Shown here: piece after piece, positions 31,282-42,140 of the stretch
How positions within the stretch are numbered: the stretch's first letter is position 1
Layout of the letters: each line of letters begins with the position of its first letter
Origin: Rhodoferax sp.
GTDB lineage: Bacteria; Pseudomonadota; Gammaproteobacteria; Burkholderiales; Burkholderiaceae_C
Assembly: GCA_018063505.1 (NCBI GenBank)
Contig: JAGPBF010000001.1
Span: 7,724-71,723 of the forward strand
Length of the DNA: 64,000 nt
Direction of reading: 5' to 3'
Made by a program: the position numbers and the translations under genes
Notes under the pieces: generated by a model
Told to the model about the DNA's origin: nothing
Database searches by the model: none
The model's input: only the letters and a program-made list of their open reading frames with translations

Positions 31282-32556
31282 ATGGATTTCGACTTTTCAC
31301 CCCGTACCAAGGAACTTCAAGGCCAGGTGCAGCGCTTCATGGACGAACACGTCTATCCGGCACAGGCCGATTTCAAGGCCGAACTCGAAGCCAATACTGC
31401 AGCGGGTAAACGCTGGAGCGCGCTGCAGACGATCGAGAAACTCAAACCCAAGGCCAAGGCTGCGGGTCTGTGGAATCTGTTCCTGCCGGTCGACAGTGCC
31501 GCCGCCTCGGGTTATTCAGGTGCCGGGCTTACCAACCAGGAATATGCGCCGCTGGCCGAGATCATGGGGCGTGTTCCCTGGGCCAGCGAGGTTTTCAACT
31601 GCTCCGCACCCGACACTGGCAACATGGAGACGATTGCCCGCTATGGGTCGGAGGAGAACAAGGCACGCTGGCTCAAACCGCTGCTGGACGGCGAGATCCG
31701 GTCTGCCTTTGCCATGACCGAGCCGGACGTCGCATCCAGCGATGCCACCAATATCGAGACCCGCATCGAGCGTCAGGGCGACGACTACGTCATCAATGGA
31801 CGCAAATGGTGGATTTCCGGGGCGGCCGATCCGCGGTGTGCCATCTACATCACGATGGGCAAGACCGATCCAGAAGCACCCCGGCACTCGCAGCAAAGCA
31901 TGGTGCTGGTACCGGCCGACACCAAGGGAATCCGCATCATCCGCCCGCTCAACGTGCTCGGTTATGACGATGCGCCCCACGGCCACGTCGAGATGACGTT
32001 CGACAACGTCCGTGTCCCGGTCGGCAATATCCTGCTGGGTGAAGGGCGCGGCTTCGAGATTGCCCAGGGCCGCCTTGGCCCGGGACGCATCCACCACTGC
32101 ATGCGGCTGATCGGCCTGGCCGAACGGGCGCTCGAACTGATGTGCCGCCGGGCCTCGGCCCGGACCGCCTTTGGCAAGACCGTGGCTGCGCAGACGGTCA
32201 CGCAGGAGCGCATCGCCGAAGCTCGTTGCAAGATCGACATGGCGCGACTGCTCACGCTCAAGGCAGCCTGGCTGATGGACGTCGCTGGCAACAAGGTCGC
32301 CAAGAACGAGATCGCGATGATCAAGGTGGTGGCGCCGTCGATGGCCTGCCAGGTCATCGATTGGGCCATGCAAGTGCATGGCGGAGGCGGCATGTGTGAT
32401 GACTTCCCGCTGGCCTACGCTTACGCCAACGCCCGTACACTGCGTTTCGCCGATGGTCCGGACGAAGTGCACCGCAATGCAATTGCCAAAATGGAACTGG
32501 GCAAATACGCGGCCAACCCGCGACCCGTCGAGATGCCGATCACGCGCGGCAGCTGA
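31282..32556 (+). CDS. Acyl-CoA dehydrogenase (ACAD10/11 / LvaC-like)
   Basis: [34 protein letters not shown] and ADGPDEVH. Confidence 0.93.
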   Translation: MDFDFSPRTKELQGQVQRFMDEHVYPAQADFKAELEANTAAGKRWSALQTIEKLKPKAKAAGLWNLFLPVDSAAASGYSGAGLTNQEYAPLAEIMGRVPWASEVFNCSAPDTGNMETIARYGSEENKARWLKPLLDGEIRSAFAMTEPDVASSDATNIETRIERQGDDYVINGRKWWISGAADPRCAIYITMGKTDPEAPRHSQQSMVLVPADTKGIRIIRPLNVLGYDDAPHGHVEMTFDNVRVPVGNILLGEGRGFEIAQGRLGPGRIHHCMRLIGLAERALELMCRRASARTAFGKTVAAQTVTQERIAEARCKIDMARLLTLKAAWLMDVAGNKVAKNEIAMIKVVAPSMACQVIDWAMQVHGGGGMCDDFPLAYAYANARTLRFADGPDEVHRNAIAKMELGKYAANPRPVEMPITRGS

Positions 32557-32565
32557 GCCGTCGGT

Positions 32566-33822
32566 TCACGGCGCAATACCCGACCACAAGGTATCGAGGT
32601 CCTCGAACTTCCACAGTTGCGGGTTCTCGCGGCCGATGATTCTGTCGGTGCATTCCCGCACTGACAGATCGATCGTCAACGGCGGGATTCTTTCCTTGGA
32701 CGCAACGACATAGAAAACCTTGACCACCGGCAATGTGAGCGCACCCTTGGACTGCTCCAGGACAACCCCGATACGGCCGGATTTCAGGCGTACCAGCGAA
32801 CCCACCGGGTAAATTCCCAGGGTCTTGGCAAACGCCTGAAAGACCGGCAGATCAAAATGCCCGCTGGCCCACAGACCCATCTGGCGCAATGATTCGGAAG
32901 GGTCCCAACCCGACTTGTAGGGCCGGTTCGACGTGATGGCATCGTAGACATCACACACAGCAGCCATTTTGGCGAACACACTGATCGCATCGGCTTTGAG
33001 GCCATGCGGATACCCTGTCCCATCGACCTTCTCGTGGTGGTTGAGACAAACATCCAGTGCAATCGGATCGATGTTGCTGCTGTCCACCAGAAACCGGTGA
33101 CCCAGGACCGGATGGTTCTTGACGACGGCAAACTCCGCATCCGTCAGCTTGCCCGGTTTGTTGAGCACATCCCATGGAACCAGCATCTTGCCCACGTCAT
33201 GCAGCAGGCCGGCAACACCGGCCGAGCGCGCCGCGTCTTCGCCCAGGTTCAATTGGCGCGCCAGCGCAATCATCATGGCGCAAACGGCCACCGAATGCAT
33301 GTAAGTGTAATCGTCGGCAGTCTTGAGCCGCGCCAGGCTGATCAGTGCACTGGTATTGCGCGCCACCGAATTGGAGATTTCCTCCACCAGATCCGACACG
33401 CCCGCAGCATCGACCGTATTGCCCATGCGCGCCTCCTGGAACATGGAGGTCACCGCTTCCCTTCCGGCAGCACAGATCAGCGCCGCGCGTTCGAGTTCTT
33501 CGGCAATCGGCACCGGCACGCGCGAAGCGTTGCCGGCATGGCGCCCGGCTGAACCCGGCTCCCCACCATCGGAGGGCAGCAATGGGGCTGCGGTCGTCTG
33601 AGGCCACACGTCGCCTCCCTTGCTGACATCGATCCAGACCTCCCGTACCTTGCTGGCACGCAACAGGGCAATGTCCTTGAGGTCGGTAATCACGAAGCGG
33701 GAACGCCAGAACGGGTTGTCGATCCAGGCACCGCAGACTTCCTCCAGGTACATGCCTGGCTCCAGACTCTCGACACTGATCTTTTTCCGCAATTGTGGCC
33801 TCTCTCCAGCAACCCGTTTCAT
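32566..33822 (-). CDS. HD-GYP c-di-GMP phosphodiesterase with DUF3391-like N-terminus
   Basis: DYTYMHS, LHDVGK, HHEKVDGTGYP and DVYDAITSNRPYK. Start could be TTG 33792. Confidence 0.88.
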   Translation of the reverse strand: MKRVAGERPQLRKKISVESLEPGMYLEEVCGAWIDNPFWRSRFVITDLKDIALLRASKVREVWIDVSKGGDVWPQTTAAPLLPSDGGEPGSAGRHAGNASRVPVPIAEELERAALICAAGREAVTSMFQEARMGNTVDAAGVSDLVEEISNSVARNTSALISLARLKTADDYTYMHSVAVCAMMIALARQLNLGEDAARSAGVAGLLHDVGKMLVPWDVLNKPGKLTDAEFAVVKNHPVLGHRFLVDSSNIDPIALDVCLNHHEKVDGTGYPHGLKADAISVFAKMAAVCDVYDAITSNRPYKSGWDPSESLRQMGLWASGHFDLPVFQAFAKTLGIYPVGSLVRLKSGRIGVVLEQSKGALTLPVVKVFYVVASKERIPPLTIDLSVRECTDRIIGRENPQLWKFEDLDTLWSGIAP

Positions 33823-33959
33823 TCTGGCACAGCTTTCGCGCTGGATGCGAATGGCATAACGCATCAACGTCGCCATCACCGGCTACGGGACACCGCAATC
33901 CAACGGCAGCGCACGCCACTGTACGGGGCACACCTGATGGATGCAGCCCTCAGAGCGGC

Positions 33960-34598
33960 TCAGTGCAAATGGCGCGGTTTGCGTCCACCACCATGGCCGC
34001 TGCCGCCGTGACCGCCGCCCGGGCCGCGCCGGGGTTTGCCGATCTCCAGCGAACTGACCAGGGCGTCGAACCGCTGGGTAAACAACTTGTCGACTTCGGC
34101 CACGACGCCGGAGAGTTCCGAACCATCGAAATGGCGCTCCATCAGCGCTACCAGGTCCTGCACCAGCAGGTCCCGTTGTACCTGCATGATGGCCGCTGGA
34201 TTGGGGCCGACGAACAGCATCATGAAATCGTCACGCGACTCGGATTCCGGGTCTTCGTCTTCATCCTCGTCATCGAATTCGGTGTCGTAGAAGCTGACCT
34301 CGATGGCTGCACCGGTGTCGGCAAGATCGTTGAGGTTCATGCACATCTCGTCAAGCGTCTGGCGGAAATCATCGTCGCCGGCGACCGTCCAGCAGATCTG
34401 CAACATGCGCTTGGCAGCATCGAACCGGATGCCCGGTTCGTCTTCGTAGGAACTGCGCGCGCCATCGGCCAGTGAACGTGCGCCGGCATATTTCCAGATC
34501 GGCTTGAGGGCTTCCTGGATCTGCTCGAATTGCGCCTCGGCGCGCAACGTCACTTCACCATGCAGGTGGATTTCGAAGGGGGGATCTGAGCGTGGCAT
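33960..34598 (-). CDS. Conserved hypothetical protein (DUF6806-like)
   Basis: Starts MPRSDPPFEIHLHGEV, has an acidic tract and a Gly/His tail. Family name is from memory. Confidence 0.65.
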   Translation of the reverse strand: MPRSDPPFEIHLHGEVTLRAEAQFEQIQEALKPIWKYAGARSLADGARSSYEDEPGIRFDAAKRMLQICWTVAGDDDFRQTLDEMCMNLNDLADTGAAIEVSFYDTEFDDEDEDEDPESESRDDFMMLFVGPNPAAIMQVQRDLLVQDLVALMERHFDGSELSGVVAEVDKLFTQRFDALVSSLEIGKPRRGPGGGHGGSGHGGGRKPRHLH

Positions 34599-34863
34599 GG
34601 CGTGGCGTGTAGTGGGATTCGGGAACGCGACCATGTAGTGATGACAGGCCTTCGCGGCGCTGGATGGATGTGCGGTCGGTCCTTTGCAATTCCGTCGCCC
34701 GGCGCCTTGTGCTGACACGAACATCAGCCGCGGCACCAGATCGGCAGCGAGGACCCCATTGTGCCACGGCGCCATCAGCCAGTGACCCAGGGCGCGCCCA
34801 ATCTGGCAACAGCCGCGCCCGTCTGCCGAACGAAGTCGATCTGCTACGATCGCCCGACGCATC

Positions 34864-34950
34864 GCGCGGGTGGCGGAATTGGTAGACGCCCGGGACTTAA
34901 AATCCCGTATCCGAAAGGGTGTACGGGTTCGATTCCCGTCCCGCGCACCA
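34864..34950 (+). tRNA. tRNA-Leu (TAA)
   Basis: GCGCGGG/CCCGCGC acceptor, CGGGA-CT-TAA-AA-TCCCG, long variable arm, TTCGA and CCA. Confidence 0.95.
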
Positions 34951-35029
34951 TTGGCAACTGGCCTGGCAACTGCCGTAGGCGGCCGGCCAAATCAGCCGAC
35001 GTCTGATACCCAGGTGTCCGCAGCGCGGA

Positions 35030-35464
35030 TCAGCGCAGCAAAATCAACCGGGGTATGGCGTCTGCCCCTGACCAGACGATGGCGTTCTGATCGAATTGCG
35101 CGGCGACACATCGCGCATCTTCCAACAACAAGCCCGGCACCAGCAAGCTGGGTTCACCGGGCCAGCGACCCGAGGGATGCACGCCTATCGCATCTATGGT
35201 CGACAAGCCACGCGCAGCCAGAACACCGGCAAGCCTGGCCTGCTGCGCATGGTTGATGACGGAATCCGTCGACTGGCTGCGGGCGTTGTACGCAGTGATG
35301 AACGCGCTGCAATCCACCGCATGGGCGAGGTGCAGCATGGACAACCCCGGCGAATAAATGTCAGGGCGCAAGACCATGGCGGTAGCACCCAGAACCCGAT
35401 ATTCGGTTTCCCGGTAGGCCCGGATCAGCACTGGATCGATATGCGATGGCGCGGCCATGGTCAT
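35030..35464 (-). CDS. DUF3293-family protein
   Basis: AFITAYNARS...N.AQQARL and WPGEPSLLV...FDQNAIVW. Confidence 0.8.
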   Translation of the reverse strand: MTMAAPSHIDPVLIRAYRETEYRVLGATAMVLRPDIYSPGLSMLHLAHAVDCSAFITAYNARSQSTDSVINHAQQARLAGVLAARGLSTIDAIGVHPSGRWPGEPSLLVPGLLLEDARCVAAQFDQNAIVWSGADAIPRLILLR

Positions 35465-35490
35465 GGCTTGATCATGTCGGCAAAAAAGAC

Positions 35491-35564
35491 TGGAGGCGCG
35501 ACCCGGAGTCGAACCGGGCTGATCGGATTTGCAATCCGGTGCATAACCGCTTTGCTATCGCGCC
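35491..35564 (-). tRNA. tRNA-Cys (GCA)
   Basis: GGCGCGA...CCGGATTGCAAATCCG...GTTCGACTCC...TCGCGCCTCCA, 74 nt. Confidence 0.96.
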
Positions 35565-35612
35565 AAAATTCCTTGCGGTTGTCAGATGCATGTGGCTGAC
35601 ACTGCACCGACA

Positions 35613-35640
35613 AAAAAGGGAAGCCTGGGCTTCCCTTTTT
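35613..35640. terminator. Bidirectional intrinsic terminator between tRNA-Gly and tRNA-Cys
   Basis: AAAAAGGGAAGC-ctgg-GCTTCCCTTTTT. Confidence 0.85.
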
Positions 35641-35648
35641 ATGGAATG

Positions 35649-35724
35649 TGGAGCGGGAAAAGAGTCTCGAACTCTCGACCTCAACCTTGGCAAGGTTGCG
35701 CTCTACCAACTGAGCTATTCCCGC
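35649..35724 (-). tRNA. tRNA-Gly (GCC)
   Basis: GCGGGAATAGCTCAGTTGGTAGAGCGCAACCTTGCCAAGG...CCCGCTCCA, 76 nt. Confidence 0.97.
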
Positions 35725-35816
35725 GTTTCAAGCCCCGAAGTATATAACAACTTTTAGGGCATATCGTCCGGCCCGCGCAATTTTTTCATTCGCGCAGGTC
35801 CCGATTTTGGCCGGCC

Positions 35817-38276
35817 TCAATGCTTGATCGAACGCTCCCCGTCTGTGCGTGTCGCAGCCACGACGACCGGCACCGTTGACGACGCCGCTGCTGCTGCGGC
35901 GATCTCTTCTTCGGTCAATGGCACCGGCATCCGGACCAGCGCCACTTCAAGCACCTTGTCGATCCAGCGCACCGGGATGATCTCGAGTCCATTCTTCACG
36001 TTTTCGGGAATGTCCTGCAGGTCCTTGGCGTTTTCTTCCGGTATCAGCACTGTCTTGATGCCACCGCGCAAAGCGGCCAGGAGCTTCTCCTTGAGACCAC
36101 CGATAGCCGTCACTTCACCGCGCAGCGTGATCTCGCCAGTCATCGCCACATCTCCCCGCACAGGAATGCCGGTCAAGGCAGAGACAAAGGCCGTCGTCAT
36201 CGCTGCGCCAGCGCTCGGACCGTCCTTGGGCGTCGCACCATCGGGCACGTGGATATGGATGTCCTTCTTTTCGAACACCGCGTCCTTGATACCGAGCCGG
36301 GCAGCGCGGCTGCGCACCACGGTACGGGCCGCCTCGACAGACTCCTTCATCACGTCGCCCAGTGAACCGGTACGGGTGATGACGCCTTTGCCCGGCATCA
36401 CCGCGGCCTCGATCGTCAGCAGATCGCCACCGACCTCGGTCCACGCCAGCCCGACCACCTGGCCGACCTGGTTGTTGTCTTCGGCGCGCCCGTAGGTGTA
36501 CTTGCGCACGCCCAGGAAATCGTTCAGGTTGTCCGGGGTCACGACCACCGGCGCCGTCATCTTCTTGAGCTGCAGGCCCTTGATCACCTTGCGGCAGATC
36601 TTGGACAGGTCACGCTCGAGCGAACGCACACCGGCCTCACGGGTGTAATAACGCACGATGTCACGCACTGCGGCCTCGCCGATCGCGAGTTCGTTTTCCT
36701 TGACACCGTTGTTCTTCAACTGCTTGGGCAACAGGTAACGAATCGCGATATTGGTTTTTTCATCCTCGGTGTAACCCGACAGGCGAATCACCTCCATCCG
36801 GTCGAGCAGCGCGGGCGGGATGTTCATCGAGTTGGAGGTCGCCACGAACATCACATCGCTCAGGTCGAAGTCGACCTCGACATAGTGGTCGCCGAACTTG
36901 TGGTTCTGCTCCGGATCGAGCACCTCGAGCAATGCACTGGACGGGTCGCCACGGAAATCGGTACCCAGCTTGTCGATCTCGTCGAGCAGGAACAGCGGAT
37001 TGCGGGTGCCCACCTTGGACAGGCTTTGCAGTACCTTGCCAGGCATCGCACCAATATAGGTGCGGCGATGGCCACGGATCTCGGCTTCATCACGCATGCC
37101 ACCCAGTGCCACGCGCACGTATTTGCGGCCCGTCGCCTTGGCAATGGACTGTCCCAGCGAGGTCTTGCCCACGCCCGGCGGGCCGACCAGGCACAGAATC
37201 GGCGCCTTGACCTTGTCGACACGCTGTTGCACCGCGAGGTATTCCAGGATGCGGTCCTTGACCTTGTCAAGGCCGAAGTGGTCTTCATTGAGCACACCCT
37301 CGGCATTGCCCAGGTCGTGCTTGATCTTGGTCTTGCTGCTCCAGGGCAGGCCGGTCAGCACATCGATGTAGTTGCGCACGACTGCCGCTTCGGCCGACAT
37401 CGGCGACATCAGCTTGAGCTTCTTGAGTTCGCCTTCGGCCTTCTTCAAGGCATCCTTGGGCATGCGCGCGGATTTGATCTTTTTCTCGATCTCGTCGATA
37501 TCGGCGCCATCCTCGCCCTCGCCCAGTTCCTTCTGGATCGCCTTGACCTGCTCGTTGAGGTAAAAGTCGCGCTGGTTCTTCTCCATCTGGCGCTTGACGC
37601 GGCCACGGATCTTCTTGTCGACATTGAGGATATCGACCTCGCGCTCGATCTGTTCGAACAGGTTCTCCAGCCGGTCTTTCGGACTGGCAAGGCCAAGCAC
37701 GGCCTGCTTGTTCTCGAGTTTGAGTGGCAGATGGGCAGCGATGGTATCGGCCAGACGGCCAGGATCGTCGATGCTGGAGATCGAGGTCAGGATCTCCGGC
37801 GGGATCTTCTTGTTCAGTTTGACGTACTGGTCAAACTGCTGCATCACGGCGCGGCGCAGGGCTTCGATCTCGCTGGCCTGGCCCCGTGTGGCTGCGGGGC
37901 CATCGACCACCGGCTGCACCGGCGTCACATTGGCCGAGAAGTGGGATTCACCCTCCTCGATCTTGTTGACCGTGGCGCGTTGCTGGCCTTCGACCAGCAC
38001 CTTGACGGTGCCGTCGGGCAGTTTGAGCATCTGCAGGATGGTCGAGACGCAGCCGACATCGAACATGTCGGAAACCAGTGGATCGTCTTTGGCGGCTGCT
38101 TTCTGGGCCACCAGCATGATGCGCCGCTCCGACTCCATCGCAGCCTCGAGCGCCTTGATGCTCTTGGGACGGCCGACGAACAGCGGTATGACCATGTGCG
38201 GGAACACGACCACATCGCGCAATGGCAACAATGGCAGGTCGATCGGCACAGAGGAGAGTATGGTGGATCCAGACAT
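35817..38276 (-). CDS. lon: Lon protease
   Basis: [18 protein letters not shown] and PKDGPSAG. Confidence 0.97.
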   Translation of the reverse strand: MSGSTILSSVPIDLPLLPLRDVVVFPHMVIPLFVGRPKSIKALEAAMESERRIMLVAQKAAAKDDPLVSDMFDVGCVSTILQMLKLPDGTVKVLVEGQQRATVNKIEEGESHFSANVTPVQPVVDGPAATRGQASEIEALRRAVMQQFDQYVKLNKKIPPEILTSISSIDDPGRLADTIAAHLPLKLENKQAVLGLASPKDRLENLFEQIEREVDILNVDKKIRGRVKRQMEKNQRDFYLNEQVKAIQKELGEGEDGADIDEIEKKIKSARMPKDALKKAEGELKKLKLMSPMSAEAAVVRNYIDVLTGLPWSSKTKIKHDLGNAEGVLNEDHFGLDKVKDRILEYLAVQQRVDKVKAPILCLVGPPGVGKTSLGQSIAKATGRKYVRVALGGMRDEAEIRGHRRTYIGAMPGKVLQSLSKVGTRNPLFLLDEIDKLGTDFRGDPSSALLEVLDPEQNHKFGDHYVEVDFDLSDVMFVATSNSMNIPPALLDRMEVIRLSGYTEDEKTNIAIRYLLPKQLKNNGVKENELAIGEAAVRDIVRYYTREAGVRSLERDLSKICRKVIKGLQLKKMTAPVVVTPDNLNDFLGVRKYTYGRAEDNNQVGQVVGLAWTEVGGDLLTIEAAVMPGKGVITRTGSLGDVMKESVEAARTVVRSRAARLGIKDAVFEKKDIHIHVPDGATPKDGPSAGAAMTTAFVSALTGIPVRGDVAMTGEITLRGEVTAIGGLKEKLLAALRGGIKTVLIPEENAKDLQDIPENVKNGLEIIPVRWIDKVLEVALVRMPVPLTEEEIAAAAAASSTVPVVVAATRTDGERSIKH

Positions 38277-38304
38277 GAGAGACCTTTTAGTGGTTACCAA
38301 TTCA

Positions 38305-38332
38305 ACATGGTTGGTGCAGCGCTGATTTCAAG
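38305..38332 (-). promoter_or_regulatory. Possible sigma32 promoter for lon
   Basis: CTTGAAA-N13-AACCATGT. The -10 is imperfect. Confidence 0.5.
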
Positions 38333-38419
38333 CTGCTGCCATTATGAATTGCGTACAAACAGCCGGTGACAGCCCAGCCGGAACGAATACCTGCCAGATC
38401 AGACGATCACTGGTCGGAT

Positions 38420-39685
38420 TCAGGCCTTTTTGGCGAGTTCCCGGTAAACCAGCAACGGCGGCTTGTTTTCTTCGATCGTCGACTCATCGACCACCACCTT
38501 CTCGACATTGGCTGTGGTGGGCAGGTCGAACATCGTATCGATCAGCGATTGCTCCAGGATCGAGCGCAGTCCGCGCGCACCGGTCTTGCGTGCAAGCGCC
38601 TTGCGGGCGATGGCCTTGAGCGCTGTAGGTCGAATCTCCAGATCAACGCCCTCCATCGAGAACAGCTTGGCGTATTGCTTGACCAGCGCGTTCTTGGGTT
38701 CGAGCAGGATCTGCACCAACGCGTCTTCGCTCAGCTCCGCCAGCGTGGCAACCACCGGCATCCGACCGACCAGTTCGGGAATCAGGCCGAACTTGATCAG
38801 ATCTTCCGGCTCCACGTCCTTGAAGACCTCGGTCAGGCTGCGCTGGGCCTTGCTCTTGACCGGCGCACCGAAGCCGATACCCGACGACTCGGTACGGTTG
38901 TCGATGACCTTCTCCAGCCCGGAGAATGCGCCGCCACAGATAAACAGGATGTTGGTGGTGTCGACCTGCACGAAATCCTGGTTCGGATGCTTGCGCCCGC
39001 CTTGTGGCGGCACGCTGGCCATGGTGCCTTCGATCAATTTGAGCAGCGCCTGCTGCACGCCTTCGCCAGACACATCACGGGTGATCGACGGGTTGTCGGA
39101 TTTGCGCGAAATCTTGTCGATCTCGTCGATGTAGACAATGCCGCGCTGTGCACGCTCGACATCGTAGTTGCAGCTCTGCAACAGCTTGAGCACGATGTTC
39201 TCGACGTCTTCGCCCACGTAACCGGCTTCGGTCAGCGTGGTGGCATCGGCCATCACGAACGGAACGTCGAGCATGCGCGCCAGGGTCTGGGCCAGCAGCG
39301 TCTTGCCCGAGCCGGTCGGGCCGATCAGCAGGATGTTGCTCTTGGCCAGCTCGACATCGTCCTTCTTGGCCTTTTCCTTGTGGCGCAAGCGCTTGTAGTG
39401 GTTGTAGACCGCCACCGCCAGCGTGCGTTTGGCCGGCTCCTGGCCAATCACGTAGCTGTCGAGGTTGGCCTTGATATCGGACGGGGAAGGCAGTTCGCCT
39501 TTGGCGTCCTTGGCGACCGCTCCGGCAGGCAGCTCGTCGCGAATGATCTCGTTGCACAGCTCGATGCATTCGTCACAGACGAATACCGAAGGGCCGGCAA
39601 TCAGCTTCTTCACCTCGTGCTGGCTTTTGCCACAGAACGAGCAGTAAAGCGTCTTCTCGCTGGATGTGCCTTTTTTCTCGGCCAT
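38420..39685 (-). CDS. clpX: ClpX
   Basis: Zn finger CSFC...[16 protein letters not shown] and RKH. Confidence 0.97.
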   Translation of the reverse strand: MAEKKGTSSEKTLYCSFCGKSQHEVKKLIAGPSVFVCDECIELCNEIIRDELPAGAVAKDAKGELPSPSDIKANLDSYVIGQEPAKRTLAVAVYNHYKRLRHKEKAKKDDVELAKSNILLIGPTGSGKTLLAQTLARMLDVPFVMADATTLTEAGYVGEDVENIVLKLLQSCNYDVERAQRGIVYIDEIDKISRKSDNPSITRDVSGEGVQQALLKLIEGTMASVPPQGGRKHPNQDFVQVDTTNILFICGGAFSGLEKVIDNRTESSGIGFGAPVKSKAQRSLTEVFKDVEPEDLIKFGLIPELVGRMPVVATLAELSEDALVQILLEPKNALVKQYAKLFSMEGVDLEIRPTALKAIARKALARKTGARGLRSILEQSLIDTMFDLPTTANVEKVVVDESTIEENKPPLLVYRELAKKA

Positions 39686-39825
39686 GAAATCAAACCCTTT
39701 TCGGATGGTGTCGCCATGATACCGAAATACCGACGGCAAACGGCAATCGCCGGGCACAGGCCCGGTCGGACGGCAAGCGCCGGATCAAAACCCGGTCAGT
39801 GCCAGAAGTGGGCAACCGCCGGACC

Positions 39826-40446
39826 TCAAGCGCGTTTGCTGATGACCTGGTCGACGACGCCATAATCCTTGGCCTCGTCCGCCGACATGTAGTAATCGCG
39901 CTCGGTATCACGGGCGATACGCTCCAGCGGCTGGCCGGTGCGCTCGGCCAGGATCTTGTTGAGCTGCTCACGCGTCTTGAGGATCTCGCGCGCCTGGATC
40001 TCGATCTCGGTGGCCTGGCCCTGACTTCCGCCAGAAGGCTGGTGAATCATGACCTTGGAGTTCGGCAGCGAAAACCGCTTGCCTTTGGCGCCAGCTGCCA
40101 GCAGGAATGCACCCATGCTGGCCGCAAAGCCGGTGCACAGCGTCGACACATCGGGCTTGATGAAGTTCATCGTATCGAAGATGGCCATGCCAGCCGACAC
40201 CGAGCCGCCCGGCGAGTTGATGTAGAACGAGATGTCCTTGTCGGGATTCTCGCTCTCCAGGAACAGCAGCTGCGCCACGATCAGGTTGCCAGTCTGGTCG
40301 TTGACCGGACCCACCAGGAAGATCACGCGCTCCTTGAGCAGGCGCGAGTAGATGTCGTACGAACGCTCTCCGCGCCCGGACTGCTCGATCACCATCGGCA
40401 CCATGCCAAGGCCCTGGGGCTGCTGAGAGTTGTCAATAAAATTCAT
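39826..40446 (-). CDS. clpP: ClpP
   Basis: DIYSRLL, YINSPGG, AASMG and MIHQP. Confidence 0.97.
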   Translation of the reverse strand: MNFIDNSQQPQGLGMVPMVIEQSGRGERSYDIYSRLLKERVIFLVGPVNDQTGNLIVAQLLFLESENPDKDISFYINSPGGSVSAGMAIFDTMNFIKPDVSTLCTGFAASMGAFLLAAGAKGKRFSLPNSKVMIHQPSGGSQGQATEIEIQAREILKTREQLNKILAERTGQPLERIARDTERDYYMSADEAKDYGVVDQVISKRA

Positions 40447-40493
40447 ATCGTCTCCAAATCGGACTGCCGCAACCCGGTCGGTTGCACGATTGC

Positions 40494-40521
40494 AAATGGG
40501 GCCGGGCAAAGCAACTGCAAG
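40494..40521 (-). promoter_or_regulatory. sigma32-type promoter for clpP-clpX
   Basis: CTTGCA-N14-CCCCATTT. Confidence 0.65.
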
Positions 40522-40553
40522 CCTTGGTCAAAAGGGAATTGCCCGGTGCCGGA

Positions 40554-41864
40554 TCAGCCCTGCCCCATCAGATCGTCAAATTCGATCGGCTTTTCGGTCA
40601 GTTTGGCGCCGGCCAGAATGTACTCGGTCACGTTGTTCTCGATGACGATCGCCTCGACCTCGGACATGCGCTTGTTGTCACTGTAGTACCAGCGCACCAC
40701 TTCGGCCGGTTTTTCGTAGCTGGCGGACAGTTCGTCGATATGGGCCTTGATCTGCTCCGGACGCGCCTTCAGTTCCTGGGTACGGACCAATTCGGCCACC
40801 ACCAGGCCCAGACGTACGCGGCGCTCGGCCTGCGGGCGGAAAATTTCTTCCGGGATCGGTGCCTTGTCGGCATCCTTGACCCCACGCTGCTTGAGGTCGG
40901 CGCGGGCATTCTCGATCAGGCGCGCGAGTTCGGATTGCACGCTGGCATTGGGCAGGTCGAGCTCGGCCACAGCGGCCAGTGCATCCAGGGCGGCCTGCTT
41001 GTTGCGCGACAACAGGCGGAACTTGACTTCCCGCTCCAGGTTCTTGCGGATGTCGGCGCGCAGACCGTCGACGGTGGCCTCTTCGATGCCCAGCGACTTG
41101 GCCAGTTGTTCGTTCACTTCCGGCAGGTGGGCGGCTTCGATCTTCTTGACCGACACCATGAAATCGGCTGTCTTGCCGGCCACGTCCTTGCCGTGGTAAT
41201 CGTCCGGGAAGGCCAGCTGGAAAGTCTTGCTCTCGCCGTTCTTCATGCCGGTGGTGGCATCTTCGAACTCCTTGAGCATCTGGCCATCACCCAGGACGAA
41301 CTGGAAGTCGCCGGCCTTGCCACCCTCGAACGGCTCGCCGTCGATCTTGCCTTCGAAGTCCACGGTGACACGGTCGGTCAGCTGCGCGGCGGCGTCCTGG
41401 GGACGCTGCGAAAACGTGCGGCGCTGCTTGCGCAGGATATCGAGCGTCTTGTCGATTGCTGCGTCCGACACGTCGCACGAGAGCTTGACGACTTCGGCGC
41501 TGGCCAGGTCACCGAGCTTGACCTCGGGAAACACCTCGAAAACCGCATCGAAAGCCATTTCACCTTCAGGCGCGCCTTCCTTCTCGGTGATGCGCGGCTG
41601 GCCGGCAACCCGCAGGTTGGCCTCGTTGGCGGCACTGGAGAAGGCCTCGCCGACCTTGTCGTTCATCACCTCGTAATGAACCGAATATCCATAACGCTGG
41701 GCCACGACCGTCATCGGCACCTTGCCCGGACGGAAACCGTCCATCTTGACGGTCTTTGCCAGGCGCTTGAGTCGCGACTGGACTTCGGACTGGATTGCCG
41801 TGACCGGCAAGGTCAGGGTCATCTTGCGTTCCAGCTTCTCAAGGGTTTCCACAGTAACAGCCAT
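40554..41864 (-). CDS. tig: Trigger factor
   Basis: MDGFRPGKVP and an FKBP domain; upstream of clpP. Confidence 0.97.
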   Translation of the reverse strand: MAVTVETLEKLERKMTLTLPVTAIQSEVQSRLKRLAKTVKMDGFRPGKVPMTVVAQRYGYSVHYEVMNDKVGEAFSSAANEANLRVAGQPRITEKEGAPEGEMAFDAVFEVFPEVKLGDLASAEVVKLSCDVSDAAIDKTLDILRKQRRTFSQRPQDAAAQLTDRVTVDFEGKIDGEPFEGGKAGDFQFVLGDGQMLKEFEDATTGMKNGESKTFQLAFPDDYHGKDVAGKTADFMVSVKKIEAAHLPEVNEQLAKSLGIEEATVDGLRADIRKNLEREVKFRLLSRNKQAALDALAAVAELDLPNASVQSELARLIENARADLKQRGVKDADKAPIPEEIFRPQAERRVRLGLVVAELVRTQELKARPEQIKAHIDELSASYEKPAEVVRWYYSDNKRMSEVEAIVIENNVTEYILAGAKLTEKPIEFDDLMGQG

Positions 41865-41993
41865 GTTGCTTCTCCTAATATGTCATGGGCGAACGCGCCG
41901 CCGGTCAAACCAAGTTGTCTTGAACCAGGGCCAGAATATTTGCGAACAGATTCGATGGCGATTCGCCCAAACCTGTCCGCCAGCCTGTCATCC

Positions 41994-42080
41994 TGGTGCG
42001 CGGGGGGGGACTCGAACCCCCACATCCTTGCGGACGTCAGGACCTAAACCTGGTGCGTCTACCAATTTCGCCACCCGCGC
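41994..42080 (-). tRNA. tRNA-Leu (TAG)
   Basis: GCGCGGGTGGCGAAATTGGTAGACGCACCAGGTT-TAG-GTCCTG...CCCGCGCACCA. Confidence 0.95.
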
Positions 42081-42140
42081 CTGAAAACAAATAGGGGTGA
42101 CCGACATGGCCGCCCCTACGAAATTCGTCAGCCCGCGATT

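Noticed and set aside
34950-35490. Possible island integrated at tRNA-Leu/tRNA-Cys; TGGCAACTG direct repeat at 34952/34964
   Set aside because: No integrase, no duplicated tRNA 3' end, and only one small DUF3293 gene; a 9-bp repeat is not significant.
36885-38369. Long plus-strand ORFs opposite lon, clpX (38366..39865), tig (40482..42047) and the RND gene (43479..45479)
   Set aside because: Antisense shadows of conserved genes.
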